Source of the DNA: Polymyxa betae A26-41
Taxonomy: Eukaryota; Protista; Endomyxa: Phytomyxea
Direction of reading: 5' to 3'
DNA: 64,000 nt
Assembly (NCBI GenBank): GCA_003693705.1
Contig: RBZT01000435.1
Span: 1 to 64,000 of the forward strand
The translations under genes and the position numbers were made by a program. Of this stretch, positions 1 through 11,664 are shown one piece after another (positions within the stretch are counted from its first letter, which is position 1; the number at the start of each line of letters is the position of its first letter). The notes beneath the pieces are model-generated. The model was given only the letters and a program-made list of their open reading frames with translations, was not told the origin of the DNA and ran no database searches.

Positions 1-359
1 ATCCCGCCAAGAGGCTAGGCGCTAACGGTGCCGACGAAGTCAAAAGGCATCCATTTTTTGCTGATATCTCTTGGATGGAACTCGCTGAAAAGCAAGTCGA
101 GCCCCCGTTCAAACCGACAAGGAATGATATCAATGCAGTATCACTTGGAGAAATATCTTCTGAAGGTGATCGCAAATTTAAGAAGGTCGTGATGGACGAG
201 AAGGACGATAAATTCTACGAAAAATGGGACTATGTGTCAGTCAAGACAATTCAAGAAGAGATTGTTGCAGCATTTGAACACAATTTGGAGCTGGAAAAAC
301 GCCCTCCAAAAAAGCCTCCCGTGAAGGAAAACAATACGCAATGCTGTATCATACTATAA
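1..359 (+). CDS. AGC-family Ser/Thr kinase C-terminus, GPCR kinase (GRK)-like, with C-terminal CAAX (CIIL); 5' partial
   Basis: Reads PAKRLGANGADEVKRHPFF..W...VEPPFKP..INA..D.KFYEKW...V...QEEI, resembling the GRK kinase extension; ends CCIIL*. Confidence 0.75.
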   Translation, partial: PAKRLGANGADEVKRHPFFADISWMELAEKQVEPPFKPTRNDINAVSLGEISSEGDRKFKKVVMDEKDDKFYEKWDYVSVKTIQEEIVAAFEHNLELEKRPPKKPPVKENNTQCCIIL

Positions 360-509
360 TATTGAAAATGTATAGAAGCGATGTAGACACTGATGTGGAT
401 TTTGATCTAAATCAATCTTTATTATCATTTCGTTCTCAGCAAGTAATCCGTATCCAATTAGCAATAAAACAGTTGAGGAATCTTGTCAGACGACTAAATG
501 TAACTAAGT

Positions 510-1887
510 TTATATGACAATACCAGCTTCCATGAGAGCATTTCTCAGAAGAATTTGAGCGAGTGCCTCAAAGACGACTTGGACATTCTTCGGGTCAGTA
601 TTACATGTGATGTACGTCATGATCGGATTGCTGGCGTTATTTAAATGCGTATTTTCAAATTTTTCTTTGATGAACTGGGCAGCAGATTCTACATCAGCAC
701 CGCCATTGTACTCAGGGAATATCTTTGACAGATCTGAGGTCTTTAACTTCTCCTGGAACAGATCGACTTTGTTCAGGAATAGAATAATTGGGCGATGGAC
801 GAAATAGGCTGGAACCAAAGTTCATTGATTTTTGGAGTTGTTTGCAAAGTGCAACATACGCGAGTTACAAATGTCACCGAATAGGGTCAGCGATTCCACC
901 ATTCGGTTCATTTTATCATCTTCATAGAGCGTTTGATCATATTCGCTGAGAGCGACGACAAAAATGATAGCAGTCACTGAGTCGAAGCAATGAATCCATC
1001 TGAATGTCATATGAAATCGAATGAAGCCGAAAATCGTTGAGACCCACTTCCTCCTCTCGTTCCGTTGTCCGCCCACATCAATAATCCTAAACACAGCGCC
1101 GTGTTTATTTTGGAACTCTCGTTCCACGATCCCAGTCGAAGCCACTCGAATCTGAATGGCCATCAAACGTGCAACTTAACATCAATGACATTGCCCTACC
1201 ATCATGATATCTTCGTTGGTAGGAACAAAGGATTCCGAGACAATCAAGTGGACCTTGTTGAGAAAATAGGAAGCAGAATCATTAAGCTGAAACTGGTTCT
1301 TCCGTTCGTACGCCTTGCGAACAGCAGGATCTGCCCAAGCGACTTCTATCATATCGCCTATCTATTCTCCACTGGTAAGTAAGCAGAATGACCAGATCAT
1401 CGCCAAGGTACGTTCTGGTCTATTCTCGCCAGGTCAACTTCCACATTGAGCAGATAGTTTCTAACGGCTGGGTCCAGTGACGATTGAATTTGAAATTTTT
1501 CAACCGCGTTGAGAAGCACCTAAACAGGATTAAATCCGAATAAGCGAATGGCCTGTTCCAACTGGGCGAACCTTAATACTCAGCAAAGCGTTGGCGAAAA
1601 TATGGGTTTTATATTCCATTCGCTCTTTCATTGAAAACCCGGTCCCATAGATTGTCAACAGTTGTTTTACGAAAGTTGACTTTCCTGATTCACCTGAATC
1701 GCCATAGGTATGAGATCCACATCATGAAATGAGACTACGTCACACCTGTGCCCAAGAGTAGCAGCTTGATAACATTTTGGTCTCTGATTCGACCAATATG
1801 AGATTGGCGATCAATCGAGCGTGAATAGGCGTCCTCGTTCATAGGATGGACCTGCTCCTCCCTGCCAAAGCAGCCACATTGCAGCAT
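510..1887 (-). CDS. Heterotrimeric G protein alpha subunit (multi-exon)
   Basis: KLLLLGTG|ESGKST P-loop, [34 protein letters not shown]; N-terminus MLQCGCF. Confidence 0.95.
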
Positions 1888-2002
1888 TTTTAGACCATGC
1901 AGCGTAACGGAAATGCCCAGACGATGATAGCGAGTGAACCTGGGTGACAATTTTGTACGTAAATCGATCGAAGTACAAGTTGTGCCAAGCATCGCCTTTG
2001 TA

Positions 2003-4439
2003 TTAGGCAATACTAAAAGAGTATAGTCCCTCTTGTTTTAACCACTTCCTCCAATCCATTTTAAATTCCTGAGTTAATGAATGTGGATGTTCAGCGAGCG
2101 CAGCTTCCAGAAACTCGCATTCGCTGGCATTATCTGGGAGTTGATACTAACAAACTCAGCACTTTGCTATTGAGTATAATGCATGAACTTTACCAGTGCA
2201 GGTTTGGAGTCGTCGTGAGATTGTTGAGAGTTGAAAATATGGCAACGTTGCCGGATTGACTATAAACAATAGTCAGTTGTCTTTTTAGCAAGTTGAAAAC
2301 GAAATACTTTAGCCAATGAATTCTCGATCTCTAAAATATCATCAGATGAGGGCTTAGGTTCTAGCCATTTATCAAATAGATCGATTCTAATATGCAGAAA
2401 TATAGCAGAAATGATATCCACATTTTCTAACAAATTTATAAGCAGGCAGACAAAATCGAGTTGACAGGTAACAAACCAGCACGCCATTTTCCATCTGTGA
2501 AAGCTACCTGATTCTTCAGCAGTTTCAATGTATAAATAACTATATCTGATTGTGGGATATCAAGTAGCCTGATGAGGATTTCCTACGAGATTACGTCTCA
2601 GAATTCTAATATTCGAAACAGAATCTTACAGGTGCACGAAACTTTACCAAAGAACGAATCTGTCGCGGGGAGTTCTTGGTTATTTTCTGTAGAATACGGA
2701 GCATATTCAAATATGCTGAATACTTTCTCCAGCAACGCTCATTTAGAGATCCTGATTAATGTCAGGCGAAATCGGAAAATGCGAAGTCTTTAAGCGAAAC
2801 CTTTGGCTCCTTTGATGTACACTATTATCGTGGATTGATCGAGCGACAATAAATTGATTTTAAATAAACTAGAAGCCGTCAGCCAGCATGTTCCAACACG
2901 TCATGACCTTTTCTACCTCAGTGAGGGTATCTCATTTCGTTTGAAAAGTGAAGCAGATAAATTCTGATTGAGAAATTTGAGAATGAGAACCAAAGAGTTT
3001 TTGTCTTGCAGCAAACAGAGAAGTGTGCTGAACTGTAAAGGATGCCCTTTGCGAAATGTCTTCAAAAGGCTAAGAATGATGAAGGAAATATTCTTGGTCA
3101 AAATCTCGGTATGTCGCGAGCGCTCAATACTACTAGATGAGTCTGTGTTGCTTGCTGAAATCTGCAACTCTCGAAAGCCGTTGATCAGTTGCGCGCTCGG
3201 TCGAACATTCGGTGCAATCGACAGAAATACTTTCAGAATGCCGACAACGTACTAGACCATAAATTAAATGACAAAGCATCTGATCATTAAAACTTCCAAG
3301 ACCTTTTGCAAACGCGGATGCAGCAAACGATACAGCATTTCACTGTGATCGACACCTTTGATATTAGGTGGCTGGTCGACTCCCTCACTTAGAATGTCAT
3401 CGGTATCGGCGTATCCGACATGTATGGCATTCCTGGCCATGTTGATTTGTTCAACAAGAGCCGTTGGTGTTCGCGAGAACGTAACCAATTCGATTCCGTT
3501 CAAATGAGCTGAATTCGGAATGCACAGAATTGGACCGAAATGCTCGGCAATATGCTTGCTGATTTGGAATACATCTCGCCTGCGTGATTTGATTTTTTTC
3601 AAGTAATCGTCGCCGAATTTGGAAACTTTTATGCCGCAATCATAGCTCAACAAAGCATGTCGTATCATCATCAGCGCTTTCTTCAACGGAAGCAGATCAG
3701 CGTTATCGGACGAGACCATATCGAGACAAAATACGATTATATGCTTATTGTCAAATAAGTTCAAAGAAAGCATTTCTCTGACCTGTAGCAAAATACATTA
3801 TTTTCCAGGAATTTGATTGAAACTAGACCCGACCTGCGGCTCGTCTGGCAGCAAAATCATGCTGATTAGAAGAATATTAAAGCAGAGCCGAATTTCTCGG
3901 CTGGTGCTATAGAATGCTTCCAAAGATCGATGATCACTTTCAATTAGGTGCAATCTCGCAATAGAAGCCACCGAAGTGCAAAGGCAGCGGATGATATCTG
4001 ATAGTAATCCCAGTCGAATTAAGGCCTGAGATATTCTGCTGCCTTCATGAAGTTTCTCTATTTCAGATCTCTGTCCAACCGCAGCTAACCCCATCATAAA
4101 TACACAGAGCACTTCAGCTGCACAAGATCGCCGATTCTGATCGGCATCTTGCAGCTCACGAAGAAGTAGCTCGAAAACCGAGTTGGTTTTATCCAAATTC
4201 GCGTCGTCCGCTTCCCAGCCCATTCGCTGAATCATCCGACGACCGTTGGCAAGTTCGATAATTTCGATAAACGAGAAAATTTCGGCGAGTTCGTTCGCCA
4301 AAATATCGCGGTCGCGACGAACGAACAGGTCCCGGTCCGGATTACGAACGGAATCGAACGATATGGAGAGGCGCCTGGCCGGCTTCGACGTCAGCTTCAT
4401 GGACAGTGGAGTACCATTCAGGGTACCCGACGACATCAT
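2003..4439 (-). CDS. STRIP1: Striatin-interacting protein STRIP/FAR11 homologue (STRIPAK complex), multi-exon
   Basis: HTEILTKNISFIILSLLKTFRKGHPLQF...LILKFLNQN and ISAIFLHIRIDLFDKW match STRIP1 HKEIIVKAISAVLLLLLKHFK...LILKFFNQN and MSAIYQKVRHRLNDDW; N-terminal ELAEIFSFIE. Confidence 0.8.
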
Positions 4440-4514
4440 GGCAGAGAACTCTCTGGTAGAGACAACCTATCTCAATAATGTGAGACGGAAACCCGCGCCT
4501 GCTTGCTACTGACA

Positions 4515-4622
4515 CCCCATGACCCCATGATGGGCTACAGACCCATGATCTCCATGATGGGCTACAGACCCCATGACCCCATGATGGGCTACAGACCCCA
4601 TGACCCCATGATGGGCTACAGA
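4515..4622 (+). repeat. 27-bp minisatellite, 4 copies (CCCCATGACCCCATGATGGGCTACAGA)
   Basis: Directly visible tandem copies, the second slightly degenerate; ~75 bp upstream of the STRIP start codon. Confidence 0.95.
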
Positions 4623-6332
4623 CACCATAAGGTATTAATCAGACACCTTATCACCATCCTCTATGGGAAACATCATTTCGATCAACAATAATGACACCTC
4701 TACTAGTGCCCCCTTGTCATGTCTGAGCCATCAACGGTTTATCCTGATCCTGAATCTCGTTGGATACCTTTCGTACTTACTTCATTGACAACCATCTTTA
4801 AATTGACAACTATCTTGAATAGCTGCTGAACAGTTATAATTGCATTCTCTGCCCGATTCTGTTCACTCTGCATAATCATTGCTGCATTCCGTCCTGGTTT
4901 CGTTATACATACTCTACATGCTTGTATTGTTTTACGTTGGGATTGCAACAAAATCAGGTTCTCGTCTAATCTGACAGGAGCAATCTTTTACAGCGAAAAT
5001 TTTTAGTGGGCGCCAGTACGACTCGTTTCCTGATTCTGCGATAAACCGTTAAGCCCTCCATGGACACGACGGGCGGGGATCGGCTTTGCAAGGTAGATTG
5101 GGTATCTGAATATCGACGACCGAAATGTGGAGAGAATCGGCGATTTTTGTTTGTCAAAACGTTTTTGGATTGCGCCTTGAAATGAAGCAGGACGGAACGC
5201 TTTGAATCGGATTGCTGATTTGGCGTACAATAACGTTATACGACGAAAATACACTTGTAGCAAGTTTTCATTCGACGGCGACCTACTTAGCTCAATCTCG
5301 ATCATTGTTTTGGGATCCTTGTCGGTTCCTATTGCGGCAGATGGTTGTCGTCGACCTTGATTGCGTTTCCCTCTCTACTCAAGTCTAAAATCGTCTCTTC
5401 TGTGATTAGTGGTGTGTCTTATGATGAATCGGCTAAATTGAATCTATTTCTTCGAAGGTATTGTAATCTTTCGGGTTATGTTTTTTCTCATGGAAAGGCT
5501 AGAATGGTGCTAGCCGGAATTGATTGGGTTCCTACTATCACTGGCGATGGTATCGTCACTTTGGTGGCAATAGCGGCATCCATTGCACTACTCGACATGA
5601 TCTGAGGACCGCCCGGCGTCTGAATGGCATAGCGTTGTTCAGAGATGATCGGCAGGATAACCCGATGAGCTTTAACCTTCAAATGGAAGAGTCTATTGAC
5701 CGGGCGGGCGATTCAGATCCCGGTCCATAAACACGACGAAATCATACATAGCAAAACAAGACGAATTCAAGCAATGGTGTCTTAGAAAAGGTTTCCTGAA
5801 GCGACCAGATTCACTGTATCCGGCCTAAATCATCATGAGATGCAGCAACGGCAGAAGGATTGGAAAATCTACAGTCGATTGTTACATTGCTGCTTATAGT
5901 TGATCTGTGCAATCTCCTTGTCCCAGCTGGAATGTAAATCAAATTCAAGTCTGTTTTCAAGCATTACTCAACAATACACGATGAACAAGAACGAGCAAAA
6001 AGATGCTAATTACGATGAGGGCGGGATCGCATGGAGCTTACAAGCAGCTGACCACATTCAAGCTTCTTCCATCAATCAAACATGACTATACTGTCCATAG
6101 ACGACGCTTTCGGTGGACGAAGGCTTGAGCAAATTCCCAACCCGTCCGTCGAACAGGAATGATATCTCAGTCTTATTGTTGCTATAATAAGAATATGCGA
6201 TATTCATAGCCAAAGTGCTCACGAAGTGCACGATTTTCTGATGCCATCAAATATACATAGCTTTCTTACACCAACTCGAATCGAAGTAGGAAATTGTTTA
6301 TTTGTTCACTTGACAGCGATCTTACAACACGA

Positions 6333-6878
6333 TCAATGCTGTATATGAAGGATAGTGTTAGGGTTTCCGGGTATAACATCAGGAGCTGATTGCTGAAATC
6401 GGGCCCGGTGCTTGCAGAAGGTCCACGAAAAGAACAACGTAGCCATCGCCCATACCACCAGATTCGATCCATAGAGTATCACGACGAACAATCCAGGGCG
6501 AAAATAATAAATGGAAGACGCATGCAGAAAGCAGTTGGTGAAGAATGTATGACACCATGATTGCAGGTTGAGAAACGCCTTCTTGCTCGACGATCCGCTT
6601 TGGGACGTGTTCTTCCAAATCCGGCGACATAGATGGACGAATATGACAACACAGACTGCATTCGATCCTAAGAACAGCCATTCGTTCCAGCGATAACGGC
6701 ATGGAGGACGAAACCCGGCCACGAAATCGGCCGGGTCGGAATTACACGCCCACGGTTGGTCGATCATGAGCGCGCTCCAGATTGCGACAGCAGCACTGGA
6801 GATGACCCCGATCAATATCAGCAGACATGAGAAGACCTTCAACGCCATCGTATACTGCATGGTGATGGTTGGTTTCAT
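6333..6878 (-). CDS. Hypothetical ~180 aa multi-pass membrane protein (3-4 TM), intronless
   Basis: Long ORF with several hydrophobic segments (FSCLLILIGVISSAAVAIW; WLFLGSNAVCVVIFV; LFVVILYGSNLVVWAMATLFF). Confidence 0.55.
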   Translation of the reverse strand: MKPTITMQYTMALKVFSCLLILIGVISSAAVAIWSALMIDQPWACNSDPADFVAGFRPPCRYRWNEWLFLGSNAVCVVIFVHLCRRIWKNTSQSGSSSKKAFLNLQSWCHTFFTNCFLHASSIYYFRPGLFVVILYGSNLVVWAMATLFFSWTFCKHRARFQQSAPDVIPGNPNTILHIQH

Positions 6879-7461
6879 ATTCGGACAGATGCGATAATGA
6901 TGGAATCCGGGTCTATGGGAGGCTTGGGAGCAGCTACAGGCGAGATTTGCAACAAATGCGGGATCCGGCAGACTCGGAAATGGGTTTGCTCGCTGACTGG
7001 CTTTCAGCAGGACCAATGTCCGACTTCATGTCGCTCTGGATCAGGTTGGTCCCTTGAACTACGAGAATCGGTTGCAGCCTTGGCAATGTACGCATCGAGA
7101 ATCAGGCAAGGTCTGGTTCACGATCAATGATGCTTTAGTGAGCCCCCACAACTTTTTAAATGATCATCGTGTGGCACTTCCAGTTTGCGACACGCTGCTG
7201 GTTGTTGAACTGGTTGCGGCGAGCTCAGTACTTGGAGCTTAGGCTCGAGAATCTCTGTCCAGCTATGCGATCAGTAGCTGTTGTTTATGCAGATTGCTCC
7301 ATCTATGGCCACATCCCTACAATTCGGTATTGAGAGGTGGATGGCAGCGAAAGAGAGGCTCATTCAATCAAGATGGACACCAAGCTCCGTTTGCAAATCC
7401 ACAAACAATAGCTGAAAGTAAACCCATTATGATGTACCGTATTAATATTGTATGGCCATTA

Positions 7462-7628
7462 CCGTATATCCCCGGCAAATACCCCTTATTTACCCATTTT
7501 TTTCATCCATTTTTCTCTGTAACCAAAGGCTGTATCAAAATATTTTTATATCCGCATGCGAAGTCCATTTTTCGTCTATTTGAAAAAAGTGCGTAGTGGT
7601 GGTTATTTCCCCGGGATACCGAATACGG
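7462..7628. mobile_element. Non-autonomous MITE, Tc1/mariner superfamily (Tc2/pogo-like)
   Basis: Imperfect TIRs CCGTATATCCCCGGCAAATACC ... GGTTATTTCCCCGGGATACCGAATACGG, flanked by TA on both sides; AT-rich non-coding interior. Confidence 0.7.
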
Positions 7629-7964
7629 TATCAGAGGCCGATCTTTCACTAACTTTATTATGGAAATAAAGGAAGTAAAAAAAGATGAATAATGAAAATG
7701 CCCGTCTTCTTCTCGACGATGTATATGATGTTTTTTTATAGTTTCTGCATGTAGAAATTGCGCCAGGACTTCACAGCAACTAACTGACCAAAAGGTACAA
7801 CAACAGCTCCACAGCAGTTAGTCCAAGGCCTACTTAAGCAGTACTCCACAAGTTCCTACATGAATAAAATCAATAAATGAATCAAAATGCTTTCAGTATA
7901 TTTGACTAACCTATTGATCAAGAAATGAAAATCATTAATGATTAAAAGAGTTGCCAGAAGAAAT

Positions 7965-9559
7965 CTACATCTCGTCATCGACGATTAAATCACTGGCGCC
8001 TTTAATGATTCCGGACGTCACCAAAATCTCAGCCAACAGTTGCGGGGAGTATAAGTGATGGGGAAACACCACCTTGATCTTTCCATCCCATCTTTTTGGA
8101 ATTATTCCGTGAAGATGGTCGTTGCAGAATTTTCGCAACTTGTTCAGGTACCGGTATTTAATCTGCGGATAAGTAAAGCGATCATGCAGTTGCACATCTG
8201 TTTTTTCCGTATTCTTAATTGTAGCGGTTTTCTTAACCATCAACGAATGCCTGAAAAACGCTTGACTTGTCCAGTACATTGATATCGTTGCATGATCCTG
8301 GAATACCAAAAAAAGCGTGCCATATCCACAGGTCTCCCGAAGCGACGGCTTCTAAAATGACTGTAGGGTATCCATAACGGCTTCGATACTGTCCCTGGCA
8401 CGCTTTAGGGCAGTTTTTCCATGCCCAATGCATGCAATCAATGGAGCCCAGCATTCCAGGGAATCCTCGGGCAGCATTCATCTTAAATATTCGCTCCATA
8501 TCCTCTGAAGTTGGAGATCTCAAATATTGTTCCCCAAAAACTGCAATCACTCCCGAACAAAAACGCTTTAAACTCTCCAAAGCCACCGTTTCCGACAATT
8601 CATGGTTTTCCTCAAGGGAATCTGCAGGCGTGGCGTAAGCTAACAATCGAATTGCTGCAGTTACTTTGAGATAGCTAGAGATTCCCAATTTTCCCAATGC
8701 ATCGGGTTTGTGTACAAAATACTGGTCATGGAGAAGAAGCGCATCGTGGATCCGGATGAACAGGTCCTTGCACATTCGGAAACGACGTTGAAAATCTGCT
8801 TCAGGATACAATGGATTTTGGGCGAAATAATTTTTCCACAAACGTTCATGAGCTTGCTCGCGATTTCTAAGAATATTGCCATCCTTTCCTGGCAATGAAC
8901 CGCCTCGGGAACCAGCAACTGGATCCTGCAAACGGAATTCATCCTCCAATTGTTGGTATTGGAATAGAAGCACCGAGAACTGCTCTATGTCTTCGTCAGG
9001 GGACGAGTCAATGACTTTCATTGTACGATAGAGGAATAGAAGTCCAAAATGGCAGCCTCCGCGCTGGCACCCCCACGCACACAGGCTGCCATTTTTTCTG
9101 CGCGCAGCCCTTTTCGCAGAAAAAGTAGCAGCCGGGATAGCCGCATTGAAAAACCCCCTTTTCCTTGGGTTTTCTCTTGTGATAGTGGAACTGCAAAAAG
9201 AGTCATATTCCGCAAACCATCATTTCTAACACTTACAATCATATAGTTCATACATTTCTTCGGCAACGTTATCACACACAAGTCGAGGATCGACTCGTGC
9301 TGTTTTTTCTTTGTAATCGTAGTATTTCATGCGTGAAGGCGTACCTGCTATTGAAATAATGAACACAGAATTTGAACAATAAATGACGATACTTACATTG
9401 TTTTAGCAGGAGATCATACAGCTTTATCAACTTGTTGTTTGCGATATTGATCATCTCAGCATACGCCAGAAGCAATGCTTCGCTGCCAGCGCCATTCAAT
9501 CTCTTCTGGGCGTCTTCTATCTCGCGCAACAACCTTCTCAATCTTACGATGAAGATCAT
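7965..9559 (-). pseudogene. Spliced host gene of unknown function, apparently interrupted by the Harbinger fragment
   Basis: Two canonical GTAAG...CAG introns between ~9190 and 9400 join in-frame exons that run into the transposon end; an unrelated open frame resumes at ~8235-7965. Confidence 0.4.
8233..9159 (-). mobile_element. Truncated PIF/Harbinger DNA transposon ('plant transposon protein'-type transposase, ORF 8233-9021)
   Basis: YFAQNPLYPEADFQRRFRM, GFPGMLGSIDCMHWAWKNCP, ILEAVASGDLWIWHAFFG.PGS.NDINVLD.S; stops before the DGIYP/E part of the DDE core; putative left TIR near 9140-9159. Confidence 0.9.
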
Positions 9560-10836
9560 CTGTCGATAGCGACATCAAGAATGAGGAGATCTCCGATGAC
9601 GTGCACACTTAAGCCGGCTACTTCTGGAAGGTTGCTCCCGATGAAAAGGCTACTCTAAGCGTAGCTTTCTCAGAGCCACCCTGGTAGACGATCGCGGTTA
9701 CTTCTTGTCTTACATTCTCATCTGTTATTTTTGTGTGGGCTTATCTATTGTGCAGGCGACGCCGCTGCGGGGCTTATGTGAACGGGACAACGAGCGTTGA
9801 ATGTGATCAGCGACAGGCGCGCCTGCCTGGAACGAGTGGCAAGTGGTCTAAGACAAACAAGCGGCCTTAGCTTCTTTCGAACCGGTTGCTAATGCGCGAC
9901 CATTCTGCCTAAAGATTGCTTTTATGCCTCATCGTTTAATTGTGATCTCGTCGACACCGTTGAGCGATTGACACCACGTTTGCAGCGAAGCTCGGAACGT
10001 ACCATAGGTCGTTGGGTTTGACGTACGCTGCCTGCGTTTGCCGATGATATTGAGTTCACCGGCATTGAAGACTCATCACCGATGATGATGGCTGAGTTGG
10101 TGACGGGACATGCGTCACTATCATCGAGATCAGGGCGGTCATTAGGGGGCGGCCGCGCCCTAACTCGATGTACCATAGTTTGTCGATCACTTTCGCCGCT
10201 GCTTCAGATGCATGAATTAATTATTTATATACATCAACAGCTTTCAAAGACACCAACCACAATATCATTACAGATACGAGTAAGTTGATGCTGCATAATC
10301 TCATGATCAAATCTCTCCTGGTTTTCTGGAAGTAGTTTAGATGGAGACTCCAGCATGATCTGCAACATGTTTTATCGAATCTGGCATGATGACCTATATG
10401 ACAACAATGTCAATAGCAGAAGGGACCCTGCGCACCGATGCCGAAATCGTCCATGTCTGCCATTGCTCTTTGTTGATAAAGAACTAACGGGACCATTATA
10501 TCATTTTTTTGACATGAGGACCTTGTTTACCATCCAATCTATAAACTTGGCCAAGTAGACAGAGCCGGGTCCCTTGATTCGCTTTCCAGTCAACCAAACA
10601 GAGATCATCCTAAGAATCACATATTCATGCTGTTAAATGTCTGACATAGTGATAATGCCATAATCGATATAATGACCAACAACTGGTGATTCTCGTCGTT
10701 GTGAAACGATGATTTTATTGGGGGGTTAAGGATTAGGGTTAGGGTTTAGCTGAGACCCATTGCAAGCAGGTCCAGAATGTAACATTACTAATAACGAAAA
10801 CGCATTTATATATAGAGAGAGAGCTGTATAGATTGG

Positions 10837-11166
10837 TCATATCTCAGGGAGGGCGACATAGTCGTATGAATGGGTTCTGGTCAGGGCGCCTTCTTCCGGC
10901 ATGTAATCGGCACGATCCAGCAGGTAGTCGCCGCAATCGGAACCGAGCTCGCCCAGCTCCATGGGCAGCTCGGCGGCACCCGGGACCAGCTCGTTGCCAT
11001 CGGCATCGAGCAGGTCGCGTATCGATTCGTCCTGGTCGTAAATGTATTCGGAGATAGCATTGTCGAGGACGTTCTCTGCGATTCTCGACGCCATCTCGAC
11101 GAGTCGCGGGATGGGCCCCGCCCTGATCCCCTCGGTCTCGAAATCCCAATAATTATCGTTTGCCAT
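10837..11166 (-). CDS. Hypothetical acidic 109-aa protein, intronless
   Basis: ATG start, strong C/G third-position bias, very D/E-rich. Confidence 0.55.
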   Translation of the reverse strand: MANDNYWDFETEGIRAGPIPRLVEMASRIAENVLDNAISEYIYDQDESIRDLLDADGNELVPGAAELPMELGELGSDCGDYLLDRADYMPEEGALTRTHSYDYVALPEI

Positions 11167-11532
11167 GTCGGGGGCGTTGATGGATTTGAGGGACGGTCAG
11201 GTCGTCATGACCCTGGCCCCCGGGAGTCCATCAGAATCGAGCTCCGGCCATGGATTCGTGATCAATCCGATATCAATCCCATCAATGCCGGGGTAGTATG
11301 ACCAGTTCCTGCAGACTTGCCACGAAATCATCACGCTTCCTGTAAGCGATGAATGATCGCCATCATCTTGGAGGTATCGTCTATCGAAACAATTGACATA
11401 GAAAGGAATATTCCGAAATTCAACATTTCAATCTTGTAAGCGCCTGTCACATTGCGGTTTTTATTTCGTGAAAATCAGCCCTGCTGGTGCATTCAACCTG
11501 ATCGGTGGTTTTCGGGTCGGAATTCAGGCGAA

Positions 11533-11664
11533 AGAATGGATTAGTTCGGAGTCTCATAGGTGACGGACTCGTTCAGTGTCCTGATTCCAGAGATATCCTG
11601 ATGAGCTGTCGAATCTTAAACGACCTTGAGAAATTCATCAGCCTTGCCGTAGTTCTCCTGAAAT
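11533..11664 (-). pseudogene. Decayed GH18 chitinase paralogue fragment
   Basis: FQENYGKADEF..DSTA..GYLWNQDT/NESVTYETPN* aligns to the adjacent chitinase IQENFTKANGF..DPTA..GYLYNEETNEFVTYEAPN; has stops and frameshifts. Confidence 0.8.

Noticed and set aside
4503-4691. Repeat protein (PHDPMMGYR)n
   Set aside because: By-product of a 27-bp minisatellite; non-ATG start and promoter location
4966-5157. Helitron Pif1 helicase motif (VVLAPTK)
   Set aside because: No other Pif1 or Rep motifs nearby; likely a chance match
7965-8309. Frameshifted C-terminal continuation of the Harbinger transposase
   Set aside because: Lacks the expected YYLADGIYP and RKDVERAFG motifs; the sequence is unrelated
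10722-10749. True telomere or chromosome fusion point
   Set aside because: Only 2-3 degenerate units and no head-to-head array
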